Below, piece after piece: positions 26,702 to 39,598 of a stretch of 64,000 nucleotides of DNA (its first letter is position 1; every line of letters begins with the position of its first letter). The stretch is from Phoronis australis (Eukaryota > Animalia > Phoronida). The DNA lies in NCBI GenBank assembly GCA_002633005.1, contig NMRA01000502.1:240604-304603 (forward strand), given 5' to 3'. The notes under the pieces are model-generated. The model saw nothing but the letters and a program-made list of their open reading frames with translations, made no database searches and was not told where the DNA came from. The translations under genes and the position numbers were made by a program.

Positions 26702-26765
26702 AGCGTGGTGGCGCAATGGAAGAGTGCGCGTTCTCTGATCAAGAGGTCGTAAGTTCGAGACCATC
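26702..26765 (+). pseudogene. Initiator tRNA-Met-derived sequence (SINE head or tRNA pseudogene), copy 1
   Basis: Aligns without gaps to the conserved animal tRNAiMet as recalled (AGCAGAGTGGCGCAGCGGAAGCGTGC...AGAGGTCGATGGATCGAAACCATC), 44/64 identities by hand. A box tggcgcaatgg and B box gttcgagacc are present. The anticodon arm and acceptor stem are lost. Confidence 0.6.
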
Positions 26766-28740
26766 TAATTTATGACTTTCCATGTTTAAATCACAAGCGG
26801 CGATACCGCGGTTAAACTGTTTAAATGCTTCAGAACAAGAATTGTTAATTAGTTTAGATAAAAAGTCTTCTTTCAGGAGTGGTGTTAATAGTCACAGAGT
26901 GTTATCATATACATGTAGAATAAATCATTTGAGTATGCGTTATGACCACATAAACCATGTACCTGCTTGTGTATCTGTTCGCGATTTGGACAATTACAGT
27001 GTAAGATAAGTAAAGCAGGTGAAAGTCTAGAATCAAGTTCGTTTTTTAGTCCGGACAACTTGTCGAGCTAAAAACTTACCGTGCAGCGACGTCGGATTCT
27101 AGAATACCATCTGAATCGTGGGATTTCGCAGCGCTAGTCGCACATATCAACCTGGCCAAGGAAATTGTCAATTGTACTCCAGAAATCAAGGAAAATGTTT
27201 GTTTTTAGAGGCAAAAACAAAATTTCCCCTGGGTGGAAGGGGAAAAACACCCTCCCTACCTCCCCTCATTCGTCAATACGAGCCTCTATACCAAGCGCGC
27301 TTTACGCGCTTTACGTGCGATTGTCTACGAGACAAAATGTTGGGCCCTCTTATGATATCCTAAATCCGCCTCTGCCACGGTTTTCTAAGAATTTTCGAAT
27401 GGTTTTATCAAATATCGATAATTGGGTTGTACTGTGAAAAATTATTAGACTTCCGTGCTTATGTTCACATTCACATTCTGAATGTTTGGTGTCATTTAAC
27501 GAGCGGATTTTTGCTCTGAGTCAGCGGCAGAACGTTAGACTGTGACTGCGGGGGTACAGTAGCTGCTCATTTCAGAAAACTTTCTTTTTGCCGCGCGATA
27601 CGGTACCTTTAACATGTGTNNNNNNNNNNNNNNNNNNNNNNNNNNNNNNNNNNNNNNNNNNNNNNNNNNNNNNNNNNNNNNNNNNNNNNNNNNNNNNNNN
27701 NNNNNNNNNNNNNNNNNNNNNNNNNNNNNNNNNNNNNNNNNNNNNNNNNTTTGATTTGTGCCTCGTCTTTGCATTTTGTTTAAACCTACACGAGTGTACT
27801 TCTATGTATTTGCAGTTCGTTTTGTTTCTGTAAAAGTGGCCAACGGACTATTTGCATTGAATAAATCACTTAATGCGTTGTGGAGGGATACGAACTGTTT
27901 TTAATGAGCCGTGTTAACACTCACCATCACCACCCGAGACTTCATAGGCACCAAGCCCAAAAAACTTTTGAGCTCTCGAGTAAAAATTCCAGCGTTAGGC
28001 CTACCAGTCTTAGTTGTTTATCCATGACTCGCATACTCTTTAAGCACGAAACCGTTGCTATATAAAGTATTTGATAGCGTCTTGCCCTCCAAATTTTCTG
28101 CACGCTTCCGTCATTTCAGAATGGGTAAAGGATTTTCAAAATGGGAAGCTGTAACATCTATTCGTCCTAGTAGCACAGATTTTGTAGTACATGTATGCAC
28201 AGTGAATTTCACTGTGTACTAAAAATGGGAAAATGAGGCGTGTTTAGATAAACTTTTCTACCAGGCAAACATCCGACTATACTTTGATTATGCATTATCA
28301 GATTCCTGGAACTAAACGCCCACCCAATATTTTTAAAAAAATTCACTTTTAAACGTTCATTCTTGTTTATATACTCACCTCACTGAACTTATTACTTTCG
28401 CCCATGTGCTAATAGTGAACACCCAACTACGAAGAATTTCAGTTTCCAAAACCCATACAACTTGCTTGCCTCCAACTAACTTATAAACGGTGTAAATTGC
28501 CTACGTTTAGGCGATTTTGGTTAGTTGACGTTAACTGTATCACAGTTGCCAGGACCTCTTGGCACAATGTCAGCGAGGGATTTGTTTTTTTGGGCAACTT
28601 AAGACTGTTTTAATCACAACTTTTGTTACAAACTCGTTGCACAAAATATAAAACGTACAATAAGCATTACAAGGAGGAGCATGTTCGCGCGCGAAGGGTA
28701 CGGACCACAAACAAGTGTTTAACATTAAGGTTTAGTCGGA

Positions 28741-28804
28741 AGCGTGGTGGCGCAATGGAAGAGTGCGCGTTCTCTGATCAAGAGGTCGTAAGTTCGAGAC
28801 CATC
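28741..28804 (+). pseudogene. Initiator tRNA-Met-derived sequence, copy 2 (in duplicated segment)
   Basis: Identical to 26702-26765. Confidence 0.6.
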
Positions 28805-31746
28805 TAATTTATGACTTTCCATTTTTAAATCACAAGCGGCCATACCGCGGTTAAACTGTTTAAATGCTTCAAAACAAGAATTGCTAATTAGTTTATATAA
28901 AAAATCTTCTGTCAGGAAAGATGTTAATAATCACAGAGTGTTATCATATAGAATAAATCATTTGAGTATGTGTCATGACCACATAAACCATGTACCTGCT
29001 TGTGTATTTGTTCGCGATTTGGACAATTAAGATTCGTAAAGCAGGTGAAAGTCTAGAATCAAGTTCGTTTTTTAACCCGGACAACTTGTCGAGCTAAAAA
29101 CTTGCCGTGCAGCGACGTCGGATTCTAGAATACGATCTGGGTCGTGGGATTTCGCAGCGCTAGTCGCACATATCAACCTGGCCAAGGATATTGTTACTTG
29201 TACTCCAAAAATCAAGGTAAATAGCTTGTTTTTAGAGGCAAAAACAAAACTTCCCCTGGGCGGAAGGGGAAAAACCCCCTCCCTACCTCCCCTCATTCGT
29301 CAATACGAGCCTCTATACCAAGCGCACTTTACGCGCTTTACGTGCGATTGTCTACGAGACAAAATGTTGGGCCCTCTTATGAGATCCTAGATCCGCAACT
29401 GTTTCTGCTAAAAACTTGATGTAACGAGAGCACCGTTAGACCACAAGCTGTCACAAATACATTGTCACAATCCGTCATACTGCGACAGTTTGAGCAGACC
29501 CTCCGAGCACTAACTGTCGCAACTTTGGTTCCGACAAATTGTAGTTCCTTCCAGTTTTCTGTATATCAATTTGACCTCAGGCACCTGTGGAAGCAGCAAG
29601 ATGGCGCAACCTGTCACGCATCTAGTCAACCCATGGATAATACAAATACCGCGTCCCAATTAGCTGTCCCCTCCAGACACGCAGGTCCACTTGTATGCAT
29701 TTTGTAAAGATAGTTCCTAGCACTGTCAAAAACAACAAACAACATCCATAAAAATTGCTATCATACCAGCTTAAATGTGTGTAAGGTAAACGGATGAAGA
29801 GCAAGTGAATGGTCAAACGATTTTTTGTTTGTTTGGTGACACCGAAAGCTTCAACAGGCTGAATAGAGCCCTCTATTTTACATGTAGGTAGTACCCAGAT
29901 TTTTATCAATTAAAGCCAGCGAACAAAACAACGTTTTTGTGTAACTTGCAATGGTGTTATCTTTAGTCTCTAAACCCGACCTCCATCACACAATAGCCTA
30001 CTTTTGATTTAGATCACTTACCGAAATAGAATGGCTATCAACTCTTTCTTAATGACATTGGAGCTGAGTTAGGGCTTCGTATGAACTGAAAATTTGCTAT
30101 TTGTTCAGACTAAGCTGATGAAAATTCTGGTCTCTCCGTGACTTGAAAATTTTTCAGAGCTTGGTCAGATGAAATGTTGAACTGCGTATCGTCTAGGGTC
30201 GGTATTATGATTTTATGGCACCAAGGATGGTCCCGGAGCCTGGTTTTGCCCTGTTTTGCTCAACTATTTCTCCAGATGCCTGGGTATAGTGTTCGTCAGG
30301 ATTTTAAATGCCAGCTTCTTCTTTTCTCTGCAGTGCCGCCGGAGTTTGAGCTTTAAATTTAATGCAGGCCTTTCTTTCTGCTAAACTCGCGTGGATTTTG
30401 AAAATGTTGACGCATTTTTATACAAACGACAATCTCAAGAAAATAAATTTCTCGTTGGCAGTAATTTATATTTTTTTTATCTCTTTCCTCAAATACTTGC
30501 GCGTATTCTGTTTCCAGATGATTAGATTTGATGCGAATGGTCTAGTCCCGCTATGGTGTCGACCGGAATACGCAAACGGTAGGGTTCGTCAACCCAAGTA
30601 AAATCCACGATTATCTCACGACCTGTTGAGGGTTTTCGTTCTTTTTCGTAGTACAAAACGAGCCCTATGACGACATGGAAAATGTTTTGACCGATTTTAT
30701 GAGTATAAAAGGCTTAATTCAAATGTCATTTTCAGCCTGTTGAACAGGACGAGGTGCACCTTTAAGGTTCTGTTTGGCCTTCGAAAAATAGCCAAATTTG
30801 GCAAACTTCGGAACATCATTTCTCAGAAACGGCTGATCGTATTCATAGGAAAATTTCATATGCCATGCTCTATGAACTGCTTTCTGAAATACATATAGGA
30901 TTTTTTCTAAAATTTTCAGTTTTGAATGAAGGACTGTCAAAATTAGGACTTTAATGGTTTCAATGAAAGCACGAAATTTTTGCATAAAACGAAAACGAAG
31001 TAATTTAGAAGACTGTAACAACATTTTTTAGATTTCAGCTTGACCGTTTATATCGAACGAAATTCGGTCATGTTATTGATGGTCGTAGATTTTTTTGTTT
31101 AAAGTTGTTATGAATCCTCATGGCTGAGGTTATTTAAGTGCTAGTTTAATTATTTTCTGTGACGTACCACTGTCCAAGCAAAACAATTTATGTTACATAA
31201 CCATTCCGGACATCCTTGCGTTTTGTTTGCTCACTGACCAATGCCTGCTCATAGCGAAACCCTATATGCTAGACAGTGGTACAGACTCCATTCGTTTTTA
31301 TGATTTGGATGAAATCCCAGGGTCTTTCAATATTGTCGTTGTTTTGCACTCACAACCCACACATATTTCTATTCACTTTATATATTGTAGATAGAGTTAA
31401 TAAACTTTGTGTGTCAGAAGTAAGTCAACGACTGTAAGTGTTTGTTTTTACGCTTTTCTCCATCAACTTGCTGCTGCTGCCTTATTTGCCAACTATCTAT
31501 TTACCGTTCAACCAAGAACCGGGTAATCCAACTACATGTATACTACCACGAACTATTCCACAAAATACATGATAACGTGATTCAAATAATAGCAGATTGG
31601 TCAAAAATCAAATTCTACAGACTTTCTAAGTTCAGAAAACATACGTTTACAGAGTTAAAATCTAGAATTTGGTACACGGACAAGTTAATAAGGTCCTAAT
31701 AAACGTTAAACGCGGAACCACAATTGAAGCTGCACATGCAACATTT

Positions 31747-32756
31747 CTATATCATCTTGTAGTATGCAGAGCTGAAATGGGTTGGATCGTGCGCTAAACG
31801 ATGATTCTGATACGCATATGAAGTGTTGCTCATCTGAAAATTGTCAAGATAAGCAAACTTTAGAGACTTCATGACCTTGGCTTCAGCATTATGCTAAGCG
31901 ATGATGTCATTCTTTGTTGCATTTTTATATTGAGGCGGAACTACTTTCATCCACAAAGGCTGTGTTGATGAAGAGAAGTTTGGCGCCTGTCTTTTAACAT
32001 ACCAGAAAACCAAAATAGATTTTCTCTGTAAGCGCTTAAATTAGAATATACTATGTAAGTCGTGAACACCACTGTTAAATACATTAGCTGTTTGAGGTCC
32101 TGTTCGCTTTAAATAATCGACAAGGTGCTCTTGTGTTGTGGCATACTCTTTGGATTGCGACATCCCTGGCGAATTCCACTGATTTGTATTCTAAACTTAG
32201 ATTTCCTGATTTTTTGCACATTCTCCATTGCGAATTACATTGTTCATCCACTGCAGCCGGTACAACGCGGGTGTTCTCTGCCATGTATAAGAGGCCCCTC
32301 TCTTCTGACGTTTGGTGGCTGCCATTTTAATGAGTTCTCAACCGTAAGATATTTGCCAAGTGAACACTGTCCACCAGAATTCAATACAAGATCACCACAT
32401 TGAAACTTCACACGTAGGGCACCATGAGGTCTGACAGTGTTTGAATAACCCAGCAATACAATTCTTGACATGGGGTAATTTATTAAAGGAGTCCTAGTTT
32501 TGGGTAAAACACAGCTGTGAGGTATCCTTAATATTTTGTTTCGCGTCATCCACTGCCCGCTTGACGTCGCTTCTTCTACTGTCTTGCATGTATCCGTAAC
32601 TGCCGATCGGTTGAAGTAAAACGAAGAATTGATCCGTAACATTAACGGCTTTAGTCTAAAGGTGCGATCGACTTTATAAGAAAAGTAAGATATTGTCAAC
32701 CATATAAGTAAGCTGCAAGACACAAAGATAGTTTTGGTTCTTTCCATGGCGGCCAT
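31747..32756 (-). pseudogene. SGNH-hydrolase / PC-esterase-like type II membrane protein pseudogene (putative O-acyltransferase/esterase)
   Basis: N-terminal TM (IFVSCSLLIWLTISYF), GQW...IPHSCVL and block I RIVLLGYSNTVR (GDS>GYS, 32442-32450). Then EFARDVAIQ/EYATTQEHLVDYL, block III VFNSGVHDL (32059-32076) and block V HDPTHF (DxxH, 31777-31788). Several frameshifts and an in-frame stop. Confidence 0.72.
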
Positions 32757-32849
32757 TTGTTACTCCCATGGATTTCACTGAGCAATCTGAAAAAGTGCAA
32801 TTAAACCAAACTTACAGGGATCCAGTAGTAAGGTTTTGAATAGTCTCAA

Positions 32850-33757
32850 GTGGCCCAAACTGTCTACTTGACGCAATCTTCACATGATCACATTTACTTT
32901 CAAGGTAATAAACAATGTCAACAACGTGTCTGTCAAAAAATATTTGATCTATATACTAGACAAGGCCATCGTAGTGATTTGAGATCCTCCACCCCATATG
33001 CAATTCCTCAGTCGTTCAGTCGGGCATTCAGAAGTTCTACAGTCATGATGTGCATCAACAACTGGAATTCTCTTCCAGTCTCTGTTAAGGAAAGCAACTC
33101 TTTTACGAGTATAAAAAATAATTTTAGAACTGTTTTTCATAATTTTGATAACTCAACACCCTTGACTCAATTTTCCTTTACCCGTGATAACGAAATGGCA
33201 TTGTACAGATCAAGATGACTCTGACAAGTTCAGGCACAACTTTAGTAATGTCTCTCCAAACTGTAAATGTGGTGACCATCAATCTTATCCTCATATTTTC
33301 TTCAAATGTGCCCTCATCGAATCCCTGAGAGACTCACTCTTTCGTGCACTCAATGATAACCAATCAATTGTCAACGCTCTCAATTCTTGTAATAATATCC
33401 CTACTAGAGTTACATTATTACTGAATGGTAGTCCTAACCTTGACTTCGTTCTCAACGAATTCCTCCTAAGCAATGTTAGTAAATTTTTATGTACAGTTTA
33501 TCAATATTGTTGCATCTGATTTCCCTACATGAATCTGTACATATTTTTGTTTTTATATCTCTGTAATTGCATATCTAAGTATTGGAATACTTATTTTAGA
33601 TACTACTTAATTGTATATACCTCTATGTATATTAGTTTCACTTATGAATTGTTAACAACACAGATATAATGCTTCGCGGTTTCTGGGTTTGTTATTATTT
33701 CTTTGTATGTTCTGTGTATTCTTCAATAAATATATATCACTTAAAAAAAACAAAAAC
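32850..33757 (+). mobile_element. 3' fragment of a CR1/L2-group LINE with poly(A)-like tail
   Basis: INNWNSLPVSVKESNSFTSIK and a zinc-knuckle-like NCKCGDHQSYPHIFFKC. AATAAA near 33725 is followed by an A-rich tail at 33743-33757. Confidence 0.7.
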
Positions 33758-36700
33758 ATCTTCACCGTTCCAAACAAGTGAATCAATGCCTCACGACACA
33801 ATCTAATGAATTAACAAATAAAACTGACAATACTAAATTTTTAACTATAATCAAGACAGTTGCTTACCACTCATTGTTATCCTTGAATTCTTTTCGCGAA
33901 ACAAAAAATCCAATGAAACTGAATATTAAAGGAGAAGGCAACCTTTTTGCGTGTCATTTTTAGTAAAAATACGGTTCGTTGATTATCCCAGACATACGTT
34001 TCAGTTAATTACGGCTTCCCCCAATTTTACTGATTAGGCGTGCCCTACTCCGGCGGTGACGTTTAGGGGGTTAGGAATTTACCGTCATTTTATTTCTGCG
34101 TTCGAGTTTACTGTTCCACTGTCATTTTCGTACTGATTTCCAAAAACTTTTGTCATCACTTCCCATCGAGTATTCTACGACAAGCTAGGTTGTTAGAAAA
34201 CTCAATTACGATGGACTTATGGATTGCTTAGTTTGTAACAGCCTAGAAATACGGGAGTCCGCGACCCATATTAAGTCGGTGGGCCAGATCTCATAGCGTT
34301 CATCCTTGTGAGTACTTTCGGGGGGGGGCAACCTAGTTTTTTCTATGTCGCTAGCTAATGTACCTATAAATCAAATTCCAAAAAGTTCCCACGTCTACAC
34401 TCGCACATTTTTTTAGAAAAAGGTGTTTTTGTTGCACAAAATGTTATGCACATTTCTGCCACTTGGTGGTGCTTTTCTATTGAATTGACCAATCAGAGAG
34501 CGAGATTGTATTGTTGTGCTTAGTTACTTCAATATGGCAGCTCCCATGGAGTGTGATGCCTGTATAATTCAAGGTTTATCAAACAGTACAAAATTGTGAT
34601 GCTAGAGCCTGAAGAAGCTTAGAGAAGCTTCCTGACGAAAGCTGATGGACTGTGGAATTCTGTAGATCAGTAGATCAAAAAGAAGAAGAGGTGTCACAAC
34701 GTTTGTGCAGAAAACCACTGCATGTCTTGGTATAGCCTATACGGTATACTGTTGTAGAAGACCAAGTGTCAGACCAAAAATTGAAAGGACATAGAAAGGC
34801 ATAGCAACGTTTCAAGACACCAGCAGTAGTACTAAAGCTGAAGTTTCTAAAAGTGATACAGATGTTACCCAAAATTTCCTAAGAAAATCAATCTGAAACA
34901 CCCAATTAACCTGAAACATGAGTGCATCGTTTGGTAGCAGGAAAAGTATATTATAGATCACAGTTCAAGAAAGAGAAAGAAGTAACTACTTCATAGCTTT
35001 GAAAAACAGGTACGTGTTTTTGAAAGGTACATCTTGGTGTTTTCCAAGAGCGTTTCAGTATTATAACCAGTTGTTTTTTTAAAACTTGTTCAGCCCCTTG
35101 GCTGCCTAGGCCTTAGACAATACCGCTGACCCAGTAGAGACGGTGATCATACCATAGGTACTCCATATGCCGAATGCTTTTCGGCAAATTATGCATCTCA
35201 CTGGTTAAAACGTAAGTCATGTTCCTATAAGTAAAATAGAAGTACGGGGTAGAGAGATGCCTCTGAGGAGGCCGTTAATGTTTTTACTTGTTCCCAGTTT
35301 AAACAATTACTCCTACAATTCTGTTTTTCGAACACTCCCTTGTTCAGTTGCCACATCGACACTGCTTGCGCTAAGGGATAAACATATGGCGTTATACAGT
35401 GGGTGTGATTTTAAGCACTTTAAGTCAAAAATTTTTGAGAAGGTTAAATAGAGTAGATGGTTGCAACCAACATGCCTAAGTGGCCGTCATCCTGGCCCTG
35501 CCGTAGTCCTGGGATAGGGGGAACCTCTTCTCAATTTTTTTTGTAAACATTAATAACTTAGGTAGCTGCAATGGTAATTAAATTAAAGTGCTTAAGTGGC
35601 CAGCGTCCCCGTCGTAATTTGAGGACGGTGGAAGCCACTGTCCATTTCGTCAAACCTTGATTACCTTAAGTGTAAATCGATTGACTATGGTATGAGCATC
35701 TGATTTAAAATATTAAATTCCAATCACTGCACTGGTATATCAGCTGATTTATTTCCAGTTGCATCAACTAATCTATATATTAGGCGATCAACATTTTTAG
35801 GCGACAAATTAGACGGCATGTAAATTTGTTAGGCTGGTGGTGGATCAGTTCCTGATAAGTCCGTCTGAAAACTTTGCAGGCCAACTCAGTCATAGTTAAA
35901 TGTTAAATTAGTGTTAACAGTTCGGGTTTTTTTCAATTGGACTTGTACAGCAAGCAACAGCTCAGTCCAGAGCCCTGAATATGCAAATGAAATTCAAAGA
36001 TTAAGACTTTGTTTCTTAGAAGCCAAGTACCACAGATCATCATTCTATAAAAAATAGAAAGACAAAGATTGTGAAGAGTGACGAGTCCACAGTTTTCAAG
36101 GTCTTTTTATACAGTTTTGTTTGGAGTTCATTGAATCAAAGCTTCTAACACATGGAGATGTCATTTGCCTTTCAAAACTAAACCAAGACTTAGAAGCTGT
36201 CCTTCGGAAAGCTGGTGTGCATGAAGTTATTTGGACAGGCAGTCTCAGCTTAAGAAACACTGTTGAAGCTACTCACTGTTGTAGTTTGTGCCCGACTAAG
36301 AGATACGAAAGTGAATTGAGGCTAGTGTTCAATAATTCACTTGCTAACTCTAATTAACACAGCCCATTATAACATTTTTTGAAACAAACGTTTGCCCAAA
36401 TCCTGAAGGACTTAATGTTTGACCCTTCGTTGCCTGCGGGCCAATCGCCAGTGTACAGTGCTGTTTCCTCTCTAATCGACCATAGTTGGCTCCTTGGCGG
36501 TGGAGCTTTGCAGTTAAAATGTATGGCAATGCCCCCAGCTCCATTGACAGTACAAAACGATGAATGCTGCAAGTGTAAAAAGAACATGTGTGCTGGGAAA
36601 CTGAGTTTGTGTGGCAATGCTGAGTCAAACTGTGCAGAAATGTGCAGCTCTGACAACTGTAGTAACATCAGCAACACTGACTGCATAACATTGGATATTT

Positions 36701-36852
36701 CTTTGACAAGTCAACCCTAAATAGACCTCCAGCCCCATTTTTCGTGTTTTTTGTATTAAAAAGTGAATTTTATTTGTTGATTAAGTCATAGAAACTACGT
36801 ACTTTGATCATTGTCATGTATTTGTCTCATACTGCTTGATAAACGCTGTCAG

Positions 36853-37684
36853 AATAATCTATTATGCCACAATATTAGCGTCAAATGGCAGATACAACCG
36901 TGTAATAACCCATAAAGTTATCTCACTAGTGAGATAACGATTTGGCGGGAAACCGAGGACGGAGTCGAACCCGGGACCCTGAAATTGATGGTCGCCGACT
37001 TTATACTATGCAGCGACTGACGTCATCAAGAGTGAAAATAGAATACTTAAATGAGCACGCGCAATAATCGCATGTTCAACAAACGGCATTGTACTGTACT
37101 TATACGTTACGAAAAATAAGACACAAAATTTCCATAAAAATGACATCTTAATTCACTGAAAATTTTCTCTCATGTCCTCTTACTTGTAAATCACCGATCT
37201 CCAGTTTGAATGCGGGTATCGTGTCGTTAGGATCTTTGACTTGAGAATTATATTCAGTTACCAGTGGTAACCTACTTTAGCAGACGATAATTTTCCGGTC
37301 GAAGCTAAGCGTGAAAAAAACGTGTTTTAAGCTATAATAGTTGGTAAACCTCACTTTATAATTTCAATTTATTTCTATTACATTTAAGTTTTCAATTGGT
37401 TTTGAGTAAAAGCATCATTTGACAAAAATAGCCCGGCTTTTCTTGAAAGGTCACGACCTCCGACCCCGGCCCTCTGACATAGAAAGTAGTTACAAAGCCG
37501 TGGAGAGTCAGAAAAGGTAAATCGATTCATTGCAATGTTTCTCGTTTAGTATGTGGTATAAATAGATTATTACATGTTCTCAGCCGTTATCCCCCTCGTG
37601 GATTTTGGTGATAATTCTCCAAAATCCACTCGGGCTCTAGATAACGGGGGATAACGACTTCGCCATGTAATATTCTATGTTTAT
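36853..37684 (-). mobile_element. Hairpin/tRNA-like element, copy 2 (inside Academ)
   Basis: Reverse complement of 11881-12662. Inverted repeats at 36853-36871 and 37552-37571. A box partly deleted. Confidence 0.85.
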
Positions 37685-38754
37685 TTTCATACAGTCTGTG
37701 TGTACATTCACAGAGATCATTCAAATATATTGTTTTTGTACTATAACGTACATGTATTTCTGGTGTATTATGCAACCAAGCTATATTTTACACCATTAGT
37801 CAATGGTTCAGTCATTGAGGCACAAATTTTGCCCAGTATCAAGTGTTATTTCTGTTGCCAGACAATGCCAGAATAACCTCATTACAGCATAGATATTAGT
37901 AAAAGAGATTCGCGACTCCGTGAAGTCTCGCGGCCTAACGCAAAAGTACGTGAGCAGGATTAAAAACTTCCGGTCTCATGGCTAAGCATAGTAACTAAGG
38001 TGAACTTTGGTTTTTATTTCACGCACGTCAAGCAAATTTTTGAGTTTGAAATTAATTTGTTGTGTTTAATGCAAACTAAATCGCGTATGCGAGCCATTCA
38101 AGTCGGATTATTGGTACGAAACGTGTCGGAATTAACTTGACAAGTTGTTGATCGGCCCGCTTGCTGGCACAGTTCAACACACGAATCGAGGAGTTTGGCC
38201 CAAAGAAAAGGTTGAGCTAAATGGATAATTCTTTTCACCAGTTGAATTCTCAGTCATTTACGATGAAATTTAGTTTGCATTTTGTGATTTTGTATGAATT
38301 TTGGCTCGACCTAAATGTAGTTTCTCATTCGTCACTACGTCTACAATACATAAGCCATGGTTTACCAACATATCCAAAATTCAGCAAGAGTGAAATTTTG
38401 CCATTTTCATGATTTTCAGAAGCTCATATATATTAGCATGAAAAGTGGTGGAAAATGAAAAGTATGCTACCGAAATATTTTCTTCTTTATATTGATAGCC
38501 GTTTCAACAAATGGGGGCATTCATGAATATTTTTAAAAATCGAACTACTGCAGCANAACTGTAGTAACATCAGCAACACTGACTGCATAACATTGGATAT
38601 TTCTTTGACAAGTCAACCCTAAATAGAGCTCCAGCCCCATTTTTCCTGTTTTTTGTATTAAAAAGTGAATTTTATTTGTTGATTAAGTCATAGAAACTAC
38701 GTACTTTGATCATTGTCATGTATTTGTCTCATACTGCATGATAAACGCTGTCAG

Positions 38755-39598
38755 AATAATCTATTATACCACAATATTAGCGTCAAATGGCAGATACAAC
38801 CGTGTAATAACCCATAAAGTTATCTCACTAGTGAGATAACGATTTGGCGGGAAACCGAGGATGGAGTCGAACCCGAGACCCTGAAATTGATGGTCGCCGA
38901 CTTTACACCATGCAGCGACTGACGTCATCAAGAGTGAAAATAGAATACTTAAATGAGCACGCGCAATAATCGCATGTTCAACAAACCGCATTGTACTGTA
39001 CTTATACGTTACGAAAAATAAGACAAAATTTCCATAAGAATGATATCTTAATTCACTGAAATTTTTCTCTCATGTCCTCTTACTTGTAAATCACCGATCT
39101 CCAGTTTGAATGCAGGTATCGTGTCGTTAGGATCTTTGACTTGAGAATTATATTCAGTTACCAGTAGTAACCTACTTTAGCAGACGATAATTTCCCGGTC
39201 GAAGCTTAGCGTGAAAAAAACGTGTTTTAAGCTAATAATAGTTGGTAAACCTTACTTTATAATTTCAATTTATTTCTATTACATTTAAGTTTTCAATTGG
39301 TTTTGGGTAAAAGCATTATTTGACAAAAATAGCCCGGCTTTTCTTAAAAGGTCACGACCTCCGACCTCGGCCCTCTGACATAGAAAGTAGTTACAAAGCC
39401 GTGGACAGTCAGAAAAGGTAAATCGATTCATTGCAATGTTTCTCGTTTAGTATGTGGTATAAATAGATTATGACATGTTCTCAGCCGTTATCCCGCTTAT
39501 CTAGAGCCCTCGTGGATTTTGGCGATAATTCTCCAAAATCCACTCGGGCTCTAGATAACGGGGGATAACGACTTCGCCATGTAATATTCTATATTTAT
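38755..39598 (-). mobile_element. Hairpin/tRNA-like element, copy 3 (in duplicated segment; most complete hairpin)
   Basis: Near-identical to 36853-37684, with a ~130-bp imperfect palindrome at 39463-39592. Confidence 0.85.

Larger units (their letters stand above)
25260..29396. repeat. Tandem near-identical duplication across a gap (25260-26046 = 27750-28537; 26684-27369 = 28723-29396), likely allelic haplotypes
   Basis: Long stretches match almost base for base, with scattered SNPs and indels. The copies are separated by the N gap at 27620-27749. The middle segments are unrelated. Confidence 0.9.

Noticed and set aside
36379-36720. Host tesmin/CXC or metallothionein-like gene
   Set aside because: It lies between Academ-type TIRs with a TSD, alongside other decayed transposase motifs. 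Several cysteines are mutated.
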